In this document: piece after piece, positions 26,471 to 40,267 of the stretch
How the letters are laid out: every line of letters starts with the position of its first letter
How positions within the stretch are numbered: the first letter of the stretch is position 1
Origin: Geosiphon pyriformis uo1
Taxonomy: Eukaryota; Fungi; Glomeromycota
Direction: 5' to 3'
Length of the DNA: 64,000 bases
NCBI GenBank assembly: GCA_016748015.1
Contig: JAAOMT010000617.1
Span: 752,635 to 816,634 of the forward strand
Notes under the pieces: generated by a model
What the model was told of the DNA's origin: nothing
The model's input: the letters and a program-made list of their open reading frames with translations, nothing else
Database searches by the model: none
Translations under genes and position numbers: made by a program

Positions 26471-27127
26471 ATAACCAATTATTTTTTGAATCAAAACATT
26501 CAAAACACTTTCTATACTCTCTATGAGTATTGGATCAAAAACTATTCAAATACTACTCTGACCATTGGAAAACAAACCATCATAACTGATAACAGTGGAA
26601 CACATACTGTTATTAGACCAAAAAAAACTACTACCAGAAGAGAAAGAATTGGTAGTAAAATGGATAAATATCTGTTAAAAAGTATAACAGCAGCTATACT
26701 CCTATCTTCCAATACAATTAGAAAAACACTTCAAGAAATCTTACTTATAGACAAAAACTTGTCATATGGAAGACAATTAGAACTTTATGGTTGCCTTGGT
26801 GAAATCATAGAGGATATGAAACTCATAAAGAAAACAACTTTAGAGATACAGGCAGAAATTTTGGGTATTATATGATTAGATGTTCCAAGAGTTTTAACTA
26901 TTGCTAAAAGAGCCAAAACTCTAATACAAAGATTTGGTCTCTTGGATACAAAACTCATTTTGCCTTAAGTGTTATATACCTTAGCCACAAAAAACTTCAA
27001 CAAACTAGTTAGTTTTGAATTAGATAAAACCCTTCAAATAGATTACTCCATGAATAATTTGATTTCGCTGGAGCTCAATCTCTTTGGAGAGAATGATATT
27101 ACAGTTGAAACTTATACTTCTTATTAA
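26471..27127 (+). pseudogene. A1 accessory ORF3 (~218 aa, unknown function)
   Basis: 219-codon frame between integrase and the 3' LTR (in frame with ORF 26375..26875), conserved in A2 and A0. Its stop lies inside the 3' LTR. Confidence 0.75.
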
Positions 27128-29208
27128 TTATCACATGTATTAGCCACTAATGTCACATAAATTAGCCACTTTATTTTTAGAAAGTGATCATTAATCTGAT
27201 CAATGACTTGACTGTTGACCTAATCATTAACTTAATCATTGACTTGATTAATGACCTGATTATTGACCTGATCATTGACTTGATTATTGACTTAATTGTT
27301 GACCTGATCATTGACTATTTTTAATAGCTATATAAATGATAAATCTCTTAGCTGTAGAAAAACATGTCAGAAATCAAGAAAATCAAATAAATAAAATAAC
27401 AACTTTCATTTCAATCTTTTTCTTATTGCTAATTTTCTCTTTTCTTGCCTTTAAGTATTTGAACATCTTGGGATAAAAGATCACTTGTTGGTTATTTTTT
27501 ACTCTTTTTCTGAAATGTGTAATTGCAACATTTGAAGATTATTGAATAAAACATGACTAAAGAGCACATCTGATACTTGATATTGAATTCTAAGAGTGCC
27601 AACATAAGACATAGAATTATACTAAGTGTGATCATTTGTTGACAGTATGGACTATCCCTCTATCTTCAGATTCCCTAGTTACCTTTTGAAAAGCATAGCA
27701 ACTGAGATATTTTATGAGACTGATCTTACACATTGAATCCATACTAATTCAATTTGCTCTTTGAAGTTGAATTCCCTTTGATTTTTTTCATCACCCTACA
27801 ATCCTGTTCTCCCTTGCTATTCATTAGCTTATTACTTCAACCTGTAACAATATTATGTATGCATTTTGGCATAATATTTTTATTATTATTATTATTATTG
27901 AACTATTTAAGTTACTGTTTCTTTGAAAAATCTGGAAATGTAATATATTGTTTAAAATTGTAATTGGGTTTTAAATTGTTGTTTTTATTGTTACTATTGT
28001 AAATGAAGTTAAAACCATTGTTGTTATTATTGTTAAAGTTTAAATTGTAATTGAATTTTAATTTTAATTTCAAAACACATTTGCTGATTGGTTTTTTTTC
28101 TTCAAAAATCAAATAAATTATGCATAATAGTAAATTGTAAATGAGGTCACAATTGTCACAATATTTAAAGTTACTAGGAATTAAACAATATTTATAAAAT
28201 TTAGTGTTTAATTGTTCTAAATACTGCTTTTGTTTTTTTTAAGTAAATGCTAAATTTTGGTAGTATTTATGAAATTGCTTTAAATTGCTTAAGATGTTAA
28301 CAAAACTGTCTGAATTTGGGATAAGAATAGTTTTGATAAGTTCTAAAGAGTTGTTTTTGATTGCTAATATTTTATTAAGTAAAGTGTCTTTAATTTTGGC
28401 ACTTGTTATTTTTCAGATCTTATTTTTGTTGTATAAATAACTATTAAAACATGAGAGTGCTTAGTTCTATACAGTGTTAAAAAGTGTTTCTTTACTTATT
28501 TAGTTGTTTATAAGAATTGTGTATTAATATAATATGTTACATATTTTTTTATGACCAAAAATGTTATTTTATATTTTCTTGTTAAGTAAAGTTTTTTCAC
28601 AAGTAAAACATAGTTCATTGTCTTATTTTTTTTGTTATTTGGGTTTCAAACCATTTTTAATAGCATGCTTTATAGTAGTAATAAGTACATGTCTTGTAGT
28701 TTTCTTTAGGTAAGATTCAAGCTTTTATAAATAAAAGTTTTTTTTTATAGTTTTTGTATTTTAGTGGAATATAAGGTGATTGTTTTTTTGGTTTTGGGGT
28801 CAAATATGGTATATGCCAACCATTGACTGTTTTTTTTTAATAATAGTGATGGTTTAAGATTTATTTATTTTTTCTTTTTCTTTTGTCATCTCAAAAAAGT
28901 ATTAGTAGTAGCTTGTTATAATTGTTTTCAATCCATAAAACTTAATAGGCTTTTCAAATAAGTTTTTTTTTCTTTTTTGAACTTGATTAATAATTGCTTT
29001 TTTAAAAAAGCTCTAAAATGATTACAAGTGACAAGTACTCGAGTCTGCTAATCATCAAATGTTAGCTGGAGCTCTTAAGTGTTTTAATCAAGTATAGTAT
29101 TGGTTTTAGACAGCTAATTATTACCAACAAAAGCTTAGTATTACATGACTTTTATTATTAAAATTTTGATTGACATGATAATATTATTGACTTCAAAAAA
29201 GAAGTCAT

Positions 29209-30052
29209 TGTTACTTATAAAAATAGAAATTATAATAAGTAGAAAATAACCAATAAAAAAAGAGTGTAGTAAAAAAAAAATCTCAGAATTGTAGAATTTT
29301 TTTCAAGGAATTGCAAAATTGCAGAATTTTTCTCAAAAAATTGAAAAATTTCAAAAAATTTCATATAACATAAATTATATATATATAGCAAAAATATTAA
29401 AAACAGAAAAAGTAATTTAGTTTAAAGATTTGAATAGATAATAGTAATTAGAAAAACATAATTATCCAATACTTCTTCTTTTAAAAGATAGTTTTTTATA
29501 ACTTGAAATAGAATCATACTTATATCAATAAAACATCTATTATTACTTAAATCTATATTATCATTCTTTAATTAAAAAATATTAAATTAATTTCACACTA
29601 TTAATATAGAATGTTAATAAAATTCAATACTTAATTATACTGAACTATTAGCTTTTGATTATGATTATTGATGGAATACTAATTTTTTATTTCATTTTCT
29701 TATTTTCTTTTATTTTTGTTTTTTTTGTTTTTTTTGTTGTTTACTAATTAATTAAAGAATTTAAGCACTAAGTAATTAATATTAAGAATAGTCTGGTAAA
29801 AGATCTGGAAACAAGAATAGAAAATTTAAAGATAGCTTACCAAAAAAACATAACTGCTAAAATAAACTGGCCATTATGTTAAAAAAAAATTCACAAAAAA
29901 AACCATTAATTGAATTTTTGTTCATAATACAAAAAACTTAACCAAAACCTTTAGACTCCAAAACTTTTAGAAATTACTATTATTAACTACTATTGAACAT
30001 TAAGTTATAAATTTGTTATTTGTTTTAATATCTTAAATAATTATCTATAATA
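29209..30052 (+). mobile_element. Family B solo LTR inserted in the B1 protease region
   Basis: TGTTACTTAT..CTATAATA termini; reverse complement of the B1 LTRs; TSD TCAT/TTAT; host sequence restored on removal. Confidence 0.85.
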
Positions 30053-33000
30053 TTATCAATTTTGCCAATTAAAATTTTTGTTACTCTATTAGTGATAATA
30101 ATTCTGGCATTGACAGTTCAATTAACTTAACAATCTAATTGATTCATAAACTGTTGTATAATAATGTTGTCTGCTAACTCATTATTACATAGTAGTAATT
30201 GGTTTAATATTAAGAACAATCTTACTGAATAATGATTTTTTAATTAAGTTTTCTAATTCAAAAGAAAATAGAATAACAAATAATTTATTTTTTGTAACAG
30301 TTGTTAATAAAATATTGTTGATAAGTAGTTGTCTTAATAGTTTTGGATTGTTAGATTGGGTATTTTTTGGAATAATTAAGAAATTTAAATAGTTTTGGGA
30401 ATTTGGGTTTTAGATATACTTATTTTCTGAATTTTTTGAACATAATCTTGATGGCTGGTTTAATAAACTGGAAATTAGTTGGTACATAACTATTACCAAT
30501 TTCCAATTTTTTTGAATGTGAGTAATTTTTGGTTTTTGGATTCTGCTTAATATTGGCACAGTATTTTGAAATAGTATTTAAATTGGTTAGGACTAATAAA
30601 TTACTTGTGACTATAATTAATATATTACTGATGCTAAAGTCTAATAAACAGAAGATAAATATATTGGTTATTGCATTATTGGTGTGTAATAAAGTTAGTA
30701 TTAATAAAAACCCAATAACAAATTGCTGGTGTAGTTTGAAATTTGAAACCTGTAATTGGGATTTTAATATTAATTTTTTAATTATTAGTTATTTTTTTTT
30801 GCTCTACAGTCTATTTTTAAGTGTTTTTGTTTATTATAATAATAGTAAATATGCATTTTTTATTGTCATAGTTGATTTGTTGAAGATAATAATAGATACA
30901 ACTGATTTTAAAACTGATATAAGTTTTTTAAATTAGAATTTTAATTAAACTGAACTAAACCAAACTTTGAGTGTTATTTAAGTTTGGTTTAAATTACAAA
31001 CCAAATTTAAACTAAACCAATTTTTCAAAGTAAATTCAGTTTAAGTTTAACATTAAATTTTTTTGACAAGTCTAAGTTTGGTTTAAGTCTGGTTTGAAAT
31101 TTACAAACTTGTTTAAGTTTAATAAAATTAAAAAAAATATAACTTGTACTATTTGTTTATTAACCATTATTTTGTTTAATTATTATAATCAGTTAAAAAT
31201 ATATATAAAACTATGCATATATAATAATTTTACTTTCTAACTTATTAAAATAAATTTATTGTTAACATTATTCAATATTATTAAAAATCTAAAATAACAG
31301 AATTTAATAACCTAAACAGTCCAAATATTAATATATTTAATAAACATGGTTTTTAAAGTAAAGTATATAACTATTTTAATAAGTTTAAGTAAATAAAAAA
31401 AAACAGCTAAATATACAGTCTTAAAATATGTGCATAAATCATTTTTTGGTAAAACTATAAGTACTACTAAACTTTTATGGCACTATTTAGAGACTTTTCA
31501 CTGAATAATATATGTTATAATGAAAAAATATTATAAGAAAAAACAAAATATTTAAAAAGATTACAAGTCAATTGAAAAAATGTTTTAAGTAAGATTGTTA
31601 TTTTTTTTTATGATTTTTGGTCAATTTAACTAAAAAACTGCTTTAATCTTCTGTAATAACTGCTATTAATGTTAATAATAAAACACTTTGTAACATAATT
31701 ACTATTTGGCTTATTAACTATTAGTAACTACTTTTTATAATAAAAAACTTTAAATTAATCAAAATATTCTAATATTTAAACCCTATTTTTCAATTTGTTT
31801 GTACTAATGCAATTAAAAATAAAGTCATAAAACTTTATGTTTTGAGTAGACAAAAATTAAGAATAAATACTATCTTTATTATAAAATGTTTCTTTTTTTC
31901 ACTTATACTTATAATATAATAGGCATACTTAGATATTATTTTTTTTATTCTATTTAATGAGTGAAGTCCAAACACTATCTAGTACAAAATATTATTAAAT
32001 CCAAAATTTTTTTTACATTAAATCTCTGAACATTTCCCAATAATAAAGTCTTTGTCTCTATTACTATTTATTATATTAATAACAATTAGGACTTTTAACA
32101 AACAATAATTAATTTTGGATAATAAATAGATGACATGATAGAATAAGTATTGCAAATAAATTTTTTAAAGTATTAAAAAATTAAAAAATTATATTAGTCA
32201 ATAATAAGATTAGTATATTATGCAGCATATTAATATTATTTGAGACTCAAAATTATTATTGTGCTCATATCATCAAAAATTGCATTTTCTTAATGTTGAC
32301 TTAAATTGGTTTTATTATTGCAAAGCTGAATTTTTGATATTAATATTATTTAAGACTTAAAGTTAATCCCCATATTATTGAAAACTATGTTTTTTTAATG
32401 TTAGCTTTAGTGGTTTTATTATTGTTTTAAGCCAAATTTTCAGCCAAAAAGATTAAAAAAGAATTACACTTATCCTTTTTTTATATAAGTTTATTATTAA
32501 TTTTATTAGTTTTAACCTAATTTTTTTGACAGCTTTTTGCTATTATTCTTAATAATATTACAAATAATAATACTTTCATAAAAAATTTAGTGAGAAATTA
32601 GAAGAAGAAAATATTTGAAAAGTCTTTAATTTTGATGTTTTAATTATATTTTAAACTTGGCAGTATAAGTGGCTCTAGATAAAATAAAAAATAATGTTTT
32701 CAAGGTATTTGTTAAAAACCCAAACCAATTATATTTACCTAAAATTTTTTTAATGTAAACTTTGTATAAATTAAAGATTAAGAAACTTAACTCTACAATC
32801 TGTATCTTATCTTAATGTTTTGAGCTTTTTAAACACATCTATAATACATGTTAAATTAAATATCATAAACTTATTTTGAATTGTCTTACTCAGTGAAATT
32901 TTACTTATAACATAATTAGGAATAAGTTATCTTTTAAATTAACAAGTTGTTTATTTTTAATTCCATATATTTTGAATACAAAAATTCTAACTGTAAATTT

Positions 33001-33957
33001 ATAAGCATTATAATCTTGATTGTATTTATTTAGTTATTTATTTAATATATATTAATATTAAATCTATTACTTGTCATAATAGCTAGGGCAGTAAGAAAAA
33101 AGTTGGTCAAATATTATTCTAAAACAAATACAATTATAATGTTCTGTACTATTGTTACAGTTAAAACTTATACTTCTTATTAATTATCACATGTATTAGC
33201 CATTGATGTCATATAAATTAGCCACTCTATTTTTAGAAAGTGATCATTGACCTAATCAATGACTTAACCGTTAACTTAATCATTGACCTAATCATTGACC
33301 TGATCAATGACTTGATTATTGACCTAATCATTGATCTGATCATTGACCTGACTATTGACTTGATCATTGACCACTTTTGATAGCTATATAAGTAATAAAT
33401 CTTTTAGCTGTAGAAATACATGTCAGAAATCAAGAAAATCAAATAAATAAAATAATAACTTTCATCTCAATCATTCTCTTATCACTAATTTCTCTTTCCC
33501 TACTTTCAAGTATTTGAACATCTTAAAGATAAAAGATCACTTGTTGGTTATTCCCTACCTTTTTTCTGAAATGTATAAGTATAGTATTTGAAGATTATTG
33601 AATAAAACATGACTGAAGAGCACATCTAATACTTGATATTGAATTCTAAAAGTGCCGATGTGAGACATAGAATTATATTAAGTGTGATCATTTGTTGACA
33701 GTATGGACTATCCCTTTACCTTCAGATTCCCTAGTTACCTTTTGAAAAGCATAGCAACTGAGATATTTTATGAGACTGATCTCACACATTGAATCCATAC
33801 TCATTTAATTTGCTCTTTGAAGTTGAATTCTCTTTGATTCCTTTCATTACTCTACAATTTTGTTCTTCCTTACTATGCATTAACTTGTTACTCCAACCTG
33901 TAATATAAAAGTGGTGCTCCCTGTAAGGTTGTCAAAATCTACTTTGTTTTTTATTGT

Positions 33958-35511
33958 ATGGGTGATTATTCATACCTGCCACAACAATCAAAAGAACACT
34001 TTAAAGCACACAACAAAAACAATTTAGACTTTATTGAACTCAATCTTTTGCCCTCCTGTTTGATTTGCTTCCCCATTGAAGAACAATCCAGCAGACAATT
34101 CCAAGACTTTTGGAACTGGTTCCTAAACAAACATTCAGCTGAAACCTATACAGCTTACACAATCTATTACTTTGACCAAGCTTATTTTAAAGACAACTTT
34201 GAAGAAAAAAACAACAGTATCAATCAGCTTTTATATTCTGTAACCTTTAAACAACAGCCCCCTGATTTCGAATATCTGAATTATCAAATCCACATTTGGA
34301 TTGCTGCCCATCAAGCAACTGAAACTCCCTTTGAAACAGAAGAAGAAAGCTATCAAACTGCCTCTGTTTTTGATTTTTTATCAAGCAAATCAAACTTATC
34401 TACACAAACAGTTACTTCTGAACCAATGACTAATGACCCCATGCAAGCAAACATTCTGGCCACTCTCTAAGGTATACAAACTGCTTTAGGAAAAAGAAAC
34501 AATACCCCACTACCACTATTTAAAGGTGATGCACAAGATCCAATTGAATGGTTGGATAATTTTGAGAGAGCTGCCACAGCCAACCAGTATGATGAAGAAT
34601 ACAAGTTCTAAATCGTTGGTGGCTATCTTCAAGGCTCTCTTACTACCTGGTTCTCACAAGAAACAGATGTTAATGCTCAACACAAAATAATCAGATAGAC
34701 ACCAAACAATGCTGGAAAAGAAAATATCTCTTTCACCACCTGATTTGAGACTAAGTTCAGAACCCCAATATTAATATCCAAATAGCACATGGAATTGGAA
34801 AAAAGAACTCAAGGCTCTAGAAAAATAGTGACTGAATATGCCAAAGCTATCAGAAAGCTAATCAAACATGTAGACTCTAGGAGAAACTGGACAGAAGAAC
34901 AAAAGATCCATTCCTTCACAAAAGAATTAAGAACTGATTTATCATATGCTTTTTGGCCTTTCTTGGCTTTAAAAGACAACCCAACAATGAACATGGCTAT
35001 TGAACTGGCACAAAAAATTGAAGATAACCAAAGAATGCATTTGGAATGCACACTTCCAGTTTTTGCTCCTGCTTCTGTCATGGCTTCTGCTCCACAAATG
35101 GCTGCTACTTTTTTTGCTGCCCAAACTCAAGATTCAAATAAACAATTAATAGGTAAACTTACAGCTAATCTTGCTTGGCTATTAGAACCATTAGCCCAAG
35201 CAGTTAGAGATAACCAGCAACCACAAAGACCCAGATTTGAAAACCGTTTTAACTAACCCCAGCAACCACCATATCAAAAACAGCAAAATTGTGGTCTTTC
35301 TGTGTGTTATAGATGTGGATTAACTGGACATTTTTCAAGAAATTGCAACAATTCTCTCTTGCCTCCTCCAGCCCCCAGAAATAATGATAATCAGAACAAT
35401 AGACTCAACAACAATAATGCTTCCAATTAAAGGCCCAATCATGCAAACATCAATTTCTTTGGAGAGGATCTCCTAGCTGAAACCACTGTTTATTAGTCTT
35501 TAAACTGGTAA
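33958..35511 (+). pseudogene. gag: A2 gag
   Basis: ORFs 33958..34470 and 34789..35256 lie in one frame; intact knuckle CYRCGLTGHFSRNC at ~35305-35346. Confidence 0.9.
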
Positions 35512-38192
35512 GCACATCTTCAAAAGGTGAGAGTGCAAGCCAACCAAAAGAAAACCTCTTTTATGCTTTTAACTTAACTAATGATAACCACGACATGGAT
35601 GAACTAGCAATCAATACTTCAGAATCAACCAGAAAGAAGAAAAAAGCCAAGATTGATTTTGTTCTGGACCCAAACAAATTATTCACATTAACTGCTAATA
35701 ACAATGAGCCACCAAAGGCTAAAGTTTTTAAGAATCCTCCAAAGTTGGAACCTCCAGAAATAGTACAAAAATCTGGTCCTTATTCTATTGTCAAAGATCT
35801 CATAGAAACTTCTGCACACATTACTTTTGGCCAACTAATGACCCACTCACAATTCAGAAAAGATCTCCACAAATCTCTAATTCCCAAGAAGAAAAGACCA
35901 AAGACCAACAAATACTCTTGACAAGCTGAACTTGCTGACAACAGCAATGTTACTCCTCTGATTTGCAAAGCCCAAGTGGCTGGTTATTTCATTGATCTAA
36001 TTTTAGACAGTGGATCATCTGTCAGTGTCATTGCCAAACACTTCCTTGAAGCAATTGGTAGAAAGATTGATGAGCCTTCTACTCAACCAATAACCAATGT
36101 ACATGGTGACAAAAAAAAAAGTCTGGGCATAGCCAAAGCTGTTCCTGTTCAAATTAATGGCATTAGCATTAAAACTGACATAGAAGTATCAGAAGCCAAA
36201 GAATACACCATAATTGTTGACAATGAATGACTTAAGAAAGCCAAAGCACTACTTGACTACAAGCTGTGTGAACTAATTATAAGATGTGGTAAGAAATTTA
36301 TAGTGGTTAAGTGCTGCCATTGGACAACTCCTCCAGTAAACAAACAGAATCAAGAAAAAGAACAATTGGATGAATCAAACAATGAAGAGAGTGATAAAAA
36401 AAAAGAACAAAAGGAACAAGAAAAAACTGCTAAACTCGTATACACTACCTTTACCAGTAATGGCAAGCCACTGAACAATGTCAAAGCTGACAAAGAAAGA
36501 ATCATTGTGAATGGCAAGCTGATCTGCTGGCCCTACTATGATATTCTTAAAAGAACCTTTGACCAAAAGCCTGGCAAAAAAGCCAAGTACTGTTATTGGT
36601 GGCATGGTTCTTGTGCCTAGTGCTGGTGCAACCAACCCTTGTATTCTCCAAGTGACAAATGCAAATCATGCCTGATCTATTACAAAGATTGGGAACCAAT
36701 CAGTTTGATATCTAGAGAAGAATTAAAAGAAGTCCAAAAGTCTTTTGAAAATGAACCACCTGAGATTCAACTACTAGTTGTAGAACAAAGAAAACTCTTT
36801 CCAGAAGAAAAAAAAATAGACATTGAAAATCTGCTGGCAAGAAATAGCCCAGTTATCTCAAAAGAAGGTAATACCCTTGGATGAACTCATGTAATACAAC
36901 ACATCATCACCACTAGAGAAACTTGCCCTATCTATCTAAAGCCATATCAATCCAATTACCACAATAATGAGTTTATCAAGAAAGAGATAAACTGGATGAA
37001 AGATTTTGGATTCATACAAGAAACCAAGAGTGAATAGACTTTTCCAGTTGTAGTAGTATCCAAGAAAAGTGGAACCCTATGCTTCTGTGTTGATTATTGC
37101 TAATTGAATGCCATCACTGAAAGAGATATGTACCCATTTCCCAAAATTGATGCAATGCTAGATCAATTCAAGGATGCCACTTTCTTCTCAACCATTAATC
37201 TAACTGCCAGATTTTGGCAAGTAGAAATAGATCCAAAAAGTCGGATGAAAACTGCCTTCATCACCAAGTATGGCACCTATGAATTTACAGTCATGCCTTT
37301 TGGTCTTACCAATGCTCCTCCCACTTTTCAACGCTTAATGGACAAAGTATTTGAATCAGTAAAAAAAAACTTTGTTCTGGTTTATTTGGATGACATAATG
37401 GTGTACTCAAAAACCTGGAATGAATATCTTGAACACTTGTAAAAGGTTTTTGATCTTCTTAGAAATGCTGGCCTTAAAATAAACCCAATCAAATCTTTCT
37501 TTGAATGGCAATCAACCCAATTTCTTGGCCATCTTATTACAAAAGATGAAATCTTTCCTGACCCAGCCAAAGTTGAAAAAGTCCAGAACATTAAACAACC
37601 AATAAATATACATAAACTACGCTCTTTTCTTGGTTTGGCCTCTTATTATTGCAAATTTGTCAAGGATTTCTCCAAAATTGCCACTCTACTTAATCAGCTA
37701 TTCAGGAAAAATATCAACTACTATTGGAGCACACACCAACAAAAAGCTTTTGAAACTCTAAAGGAAAAACTAGTCACTAAACCAATTCTTAGACAACCTG
37801 ATCTAGATCAACCTTTTATCCTTCACACTGATGCATCTGGCTATGAATTTGAAGCTGTCTTAGCCCAGAAAGATGAAGAAGACAAAGAATATACCATAGC
37901 ATATGCCAGTAGAACACTTACCCCAGCAGAACAGAACTACTTAGTAACTAAACAAAAATGCTTAGCCATAGTCTGGTCTACCAGTTATTGGAGCAAATAT
38001 CTTTTTGGTGCCAAATTTCTAGTCATAACAGATCATCAAGCCTTGGTTTGGCTTTGCAATAAAAAAAAGCTGGAACATAAATAGATAACTCACTAGATAC
38101 TCCACTTGGACAAATTTGACTATGACATTTAACACCACAAAGAAGCTAATCATCAAAACACCGATGCTCTTTCTAGACTTATCATCAAGTGA
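35499..38192 (+). pseudogene. pol: A2 pol: protease, Cys-rich insert, RT, RNase H
   Basis: LILDSGSSVSVI, MPFGLTNAP, VYLDD, LHTDASG, ITDHQAL; six ORF fragments in one frame; ends DALSRLIIK TGA TAG. Confidence 0.92.
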
Positions 38193-38257
38193 TAGTACAA
38201 CCTCTACAAACCAAACCAATTTAATTATTAGTAATTCTCTTACAAACAAACACAATA

Positions 38258-39570
38258 ATAAATTTAGACAACTACTCTGCCTTAATAAAATTTTTGGGTA
38301 AAGGACAATACACACTGGAATACACTCGACAACAAAAAGAACATTTGCACAAACAATCAAATTTTTATTTGATATGCCAAAACCAATTATACAAAAGAAA
38401 TAGAAAAGATCTTGACCACTCTCAGAGAGTCATAAGATTTGAAGAAAAAGAAATTGTGATTTATAACATGCATACTGATCCATTAGCTGGACACTTTGGG
38501 AAAACAAAAACAATTCAGAAGACACTAGCTTGCTATTATTGGCCAATCTTGGGAAAAGACATTGCTAAGTACATCAAAACCTGTGATATCTGCCAAAAAA
38601 GAGGAAAACCCAATTGCAAAAAAGATATCCATCCAATCTCTGTTAGCCAACTATTTGACAGAATTGGTATAAATATTGTTGGACTCTTAACAGTAACTTC
38701 TGATGACAACAGATACATTATCACAGCTACTGACTATCTTACAAAGTGGGTAGAAGCAAGAGCAACCCCAGATCAAACAGCAGTTTCAATAGCCAATTTC
38801 ATTTATAAAGATATCATTTGTCACCATGGCTGCCCCAAAGAACTATTATTTGATAGAAAAAGAGCTTTTCTCAGTACATTAGTTGAAAAAATTTGTAAAA
38901 AAATGGGAATACGTCACAAACTTTCATCCTTTATCACCCTCAAACAAATGGCCTAATGAAACGTTTTAATAGAACACTGTATGAAATCTTAGCCAAAACA
39001 AGTGAAGAAACAAACTTATGGAACAAAGTACTGCTTTCAGCTTTGTTTGCTTACAGAACTGTAAATCATGACATAACAAGTTATGAACCTTTTTATCTGC
39101 TCTATAGATGTATGGCAACACTACCAATAGAAACTGACATTGAGACAATACTCTTTGAAAAAATCACAATAGAGAATTACAAAAACATTTTACAAAGAAG
39201 ACTTAGTACTATCCTTAACTTATTGGTAAAGGCATGGATAATTGCCTTTGAAAAGATAAAGCAGTTCCAAGAAAAGCTTAAGAAAAAGAAAACTTATAAA
39301 ACACTTTCCTTAAGTGTCAGTGACTTGGTATTGGAATATCGCTCAGAAAGAGACAATGTTTATGATGATAAATTCTCTAGCCAGTAGAAAGGACCCTTTA
39401 TAGTCAACAAAGTTTTGAACAATGGTTCTTATATTTTTCAAGATCAATTCAGAACAATCTTCAATGATCATTCTGTTCATGGCACATGACTTAAAAAATA
39501 TTACAAACGACCTAATTGGTTACCAGTTGTGATAATACTGACCCAAATAATCAGCAAAAATCAGATATAA
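38258..39570 (+). pseudogene. A2 integrase
   Basis: HTDPLAGHFG..CDICQ zinc finger, TDYLTKWVEA, RFNRTL, FAYRT, GPF module. Confidence 0.9.
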
Positions 39571-39611
39571 ATAAATGCACTATTCCCAAAACAAAGGTAT
39601 CTTCAATTGAC

Positions 39612-40267
39612 ATGAACAATTATTTTTTGGATCAAAATATTCAAAATGCTTTTTATACTCTCCATGAGTATTGAATCAAAAATTATCCAAATGCTACTCT
39701 AACTATTGAAAACAAACCACCATAACTGATAACAGTAGAACACATACTGTTATTAGACCAAAGAAAACATCTATCAGAAGAGAAAAAATTGGTAGCAAAA
39801 TAGATAAGTATTTGCTGGAAAGCATAACAGTAGTAATACTTGCACTTTTCAACACAATTGGAAAAACAATCAAAGAAATCTTGCCCATAGACAAAAACTT
39901 GTTATATAGAAGACAACTAAAGCTCTATGGTCGCCTTAGTAAAATCATAGAGAATATGAAACTCTTAAAGAAAACAACTGCAGAGATACAGGCAAAAATT
40001 TTGGGCATTATATGGTTAGATGTTCCAAGAATTTTAACTATTGCTAAAAAAGCCAAAACTCTAATACAAAGATTTGGTCTCTTGAATACAAAACTTATTT
40101 TGCTGCAAGTGCTATATACCTTATCCACAAAAGACTTCAACAAACTAATTAGCTTCAAGTTAGATAAAACCCTTCAAATAAATTACCCCATGAATAGCTT
40201 GATTTCGCCGGAGCTCAATCTTTTTGGAGAGGATGATGTTATGATTGAAACTTATACTTCTTATTAA
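39612..40267 (+). pseudogene. A2 accessory ORF3
   Basis: ATG at 39612 (MNNYFLDQ..), a 1-nt deletion near 39708, then ORF 39812..40267. Matches A1 ORF3. Confidence 0.75.

Larger units (their letters stand above)
20008..27849 (+). mobile_element. Family A Ty3/Gypsy element A1 (full length), inserted in the dUTPase domain of B1
   Basis: LTRs 20008-20736 and 27097-27849, TSD ATAT/ATAT, PBS 20743-20759, PPT GGAGAGAATGA at 27086-27096. Domain order gag-PR-RT-RH-IN. Confidence 0.95.

Noticed and set aside
26471-27127. ORF3 as an env gene
   Set aside because: Short, with no visible signal peptide, transmembrane segment or fusion-protein features.
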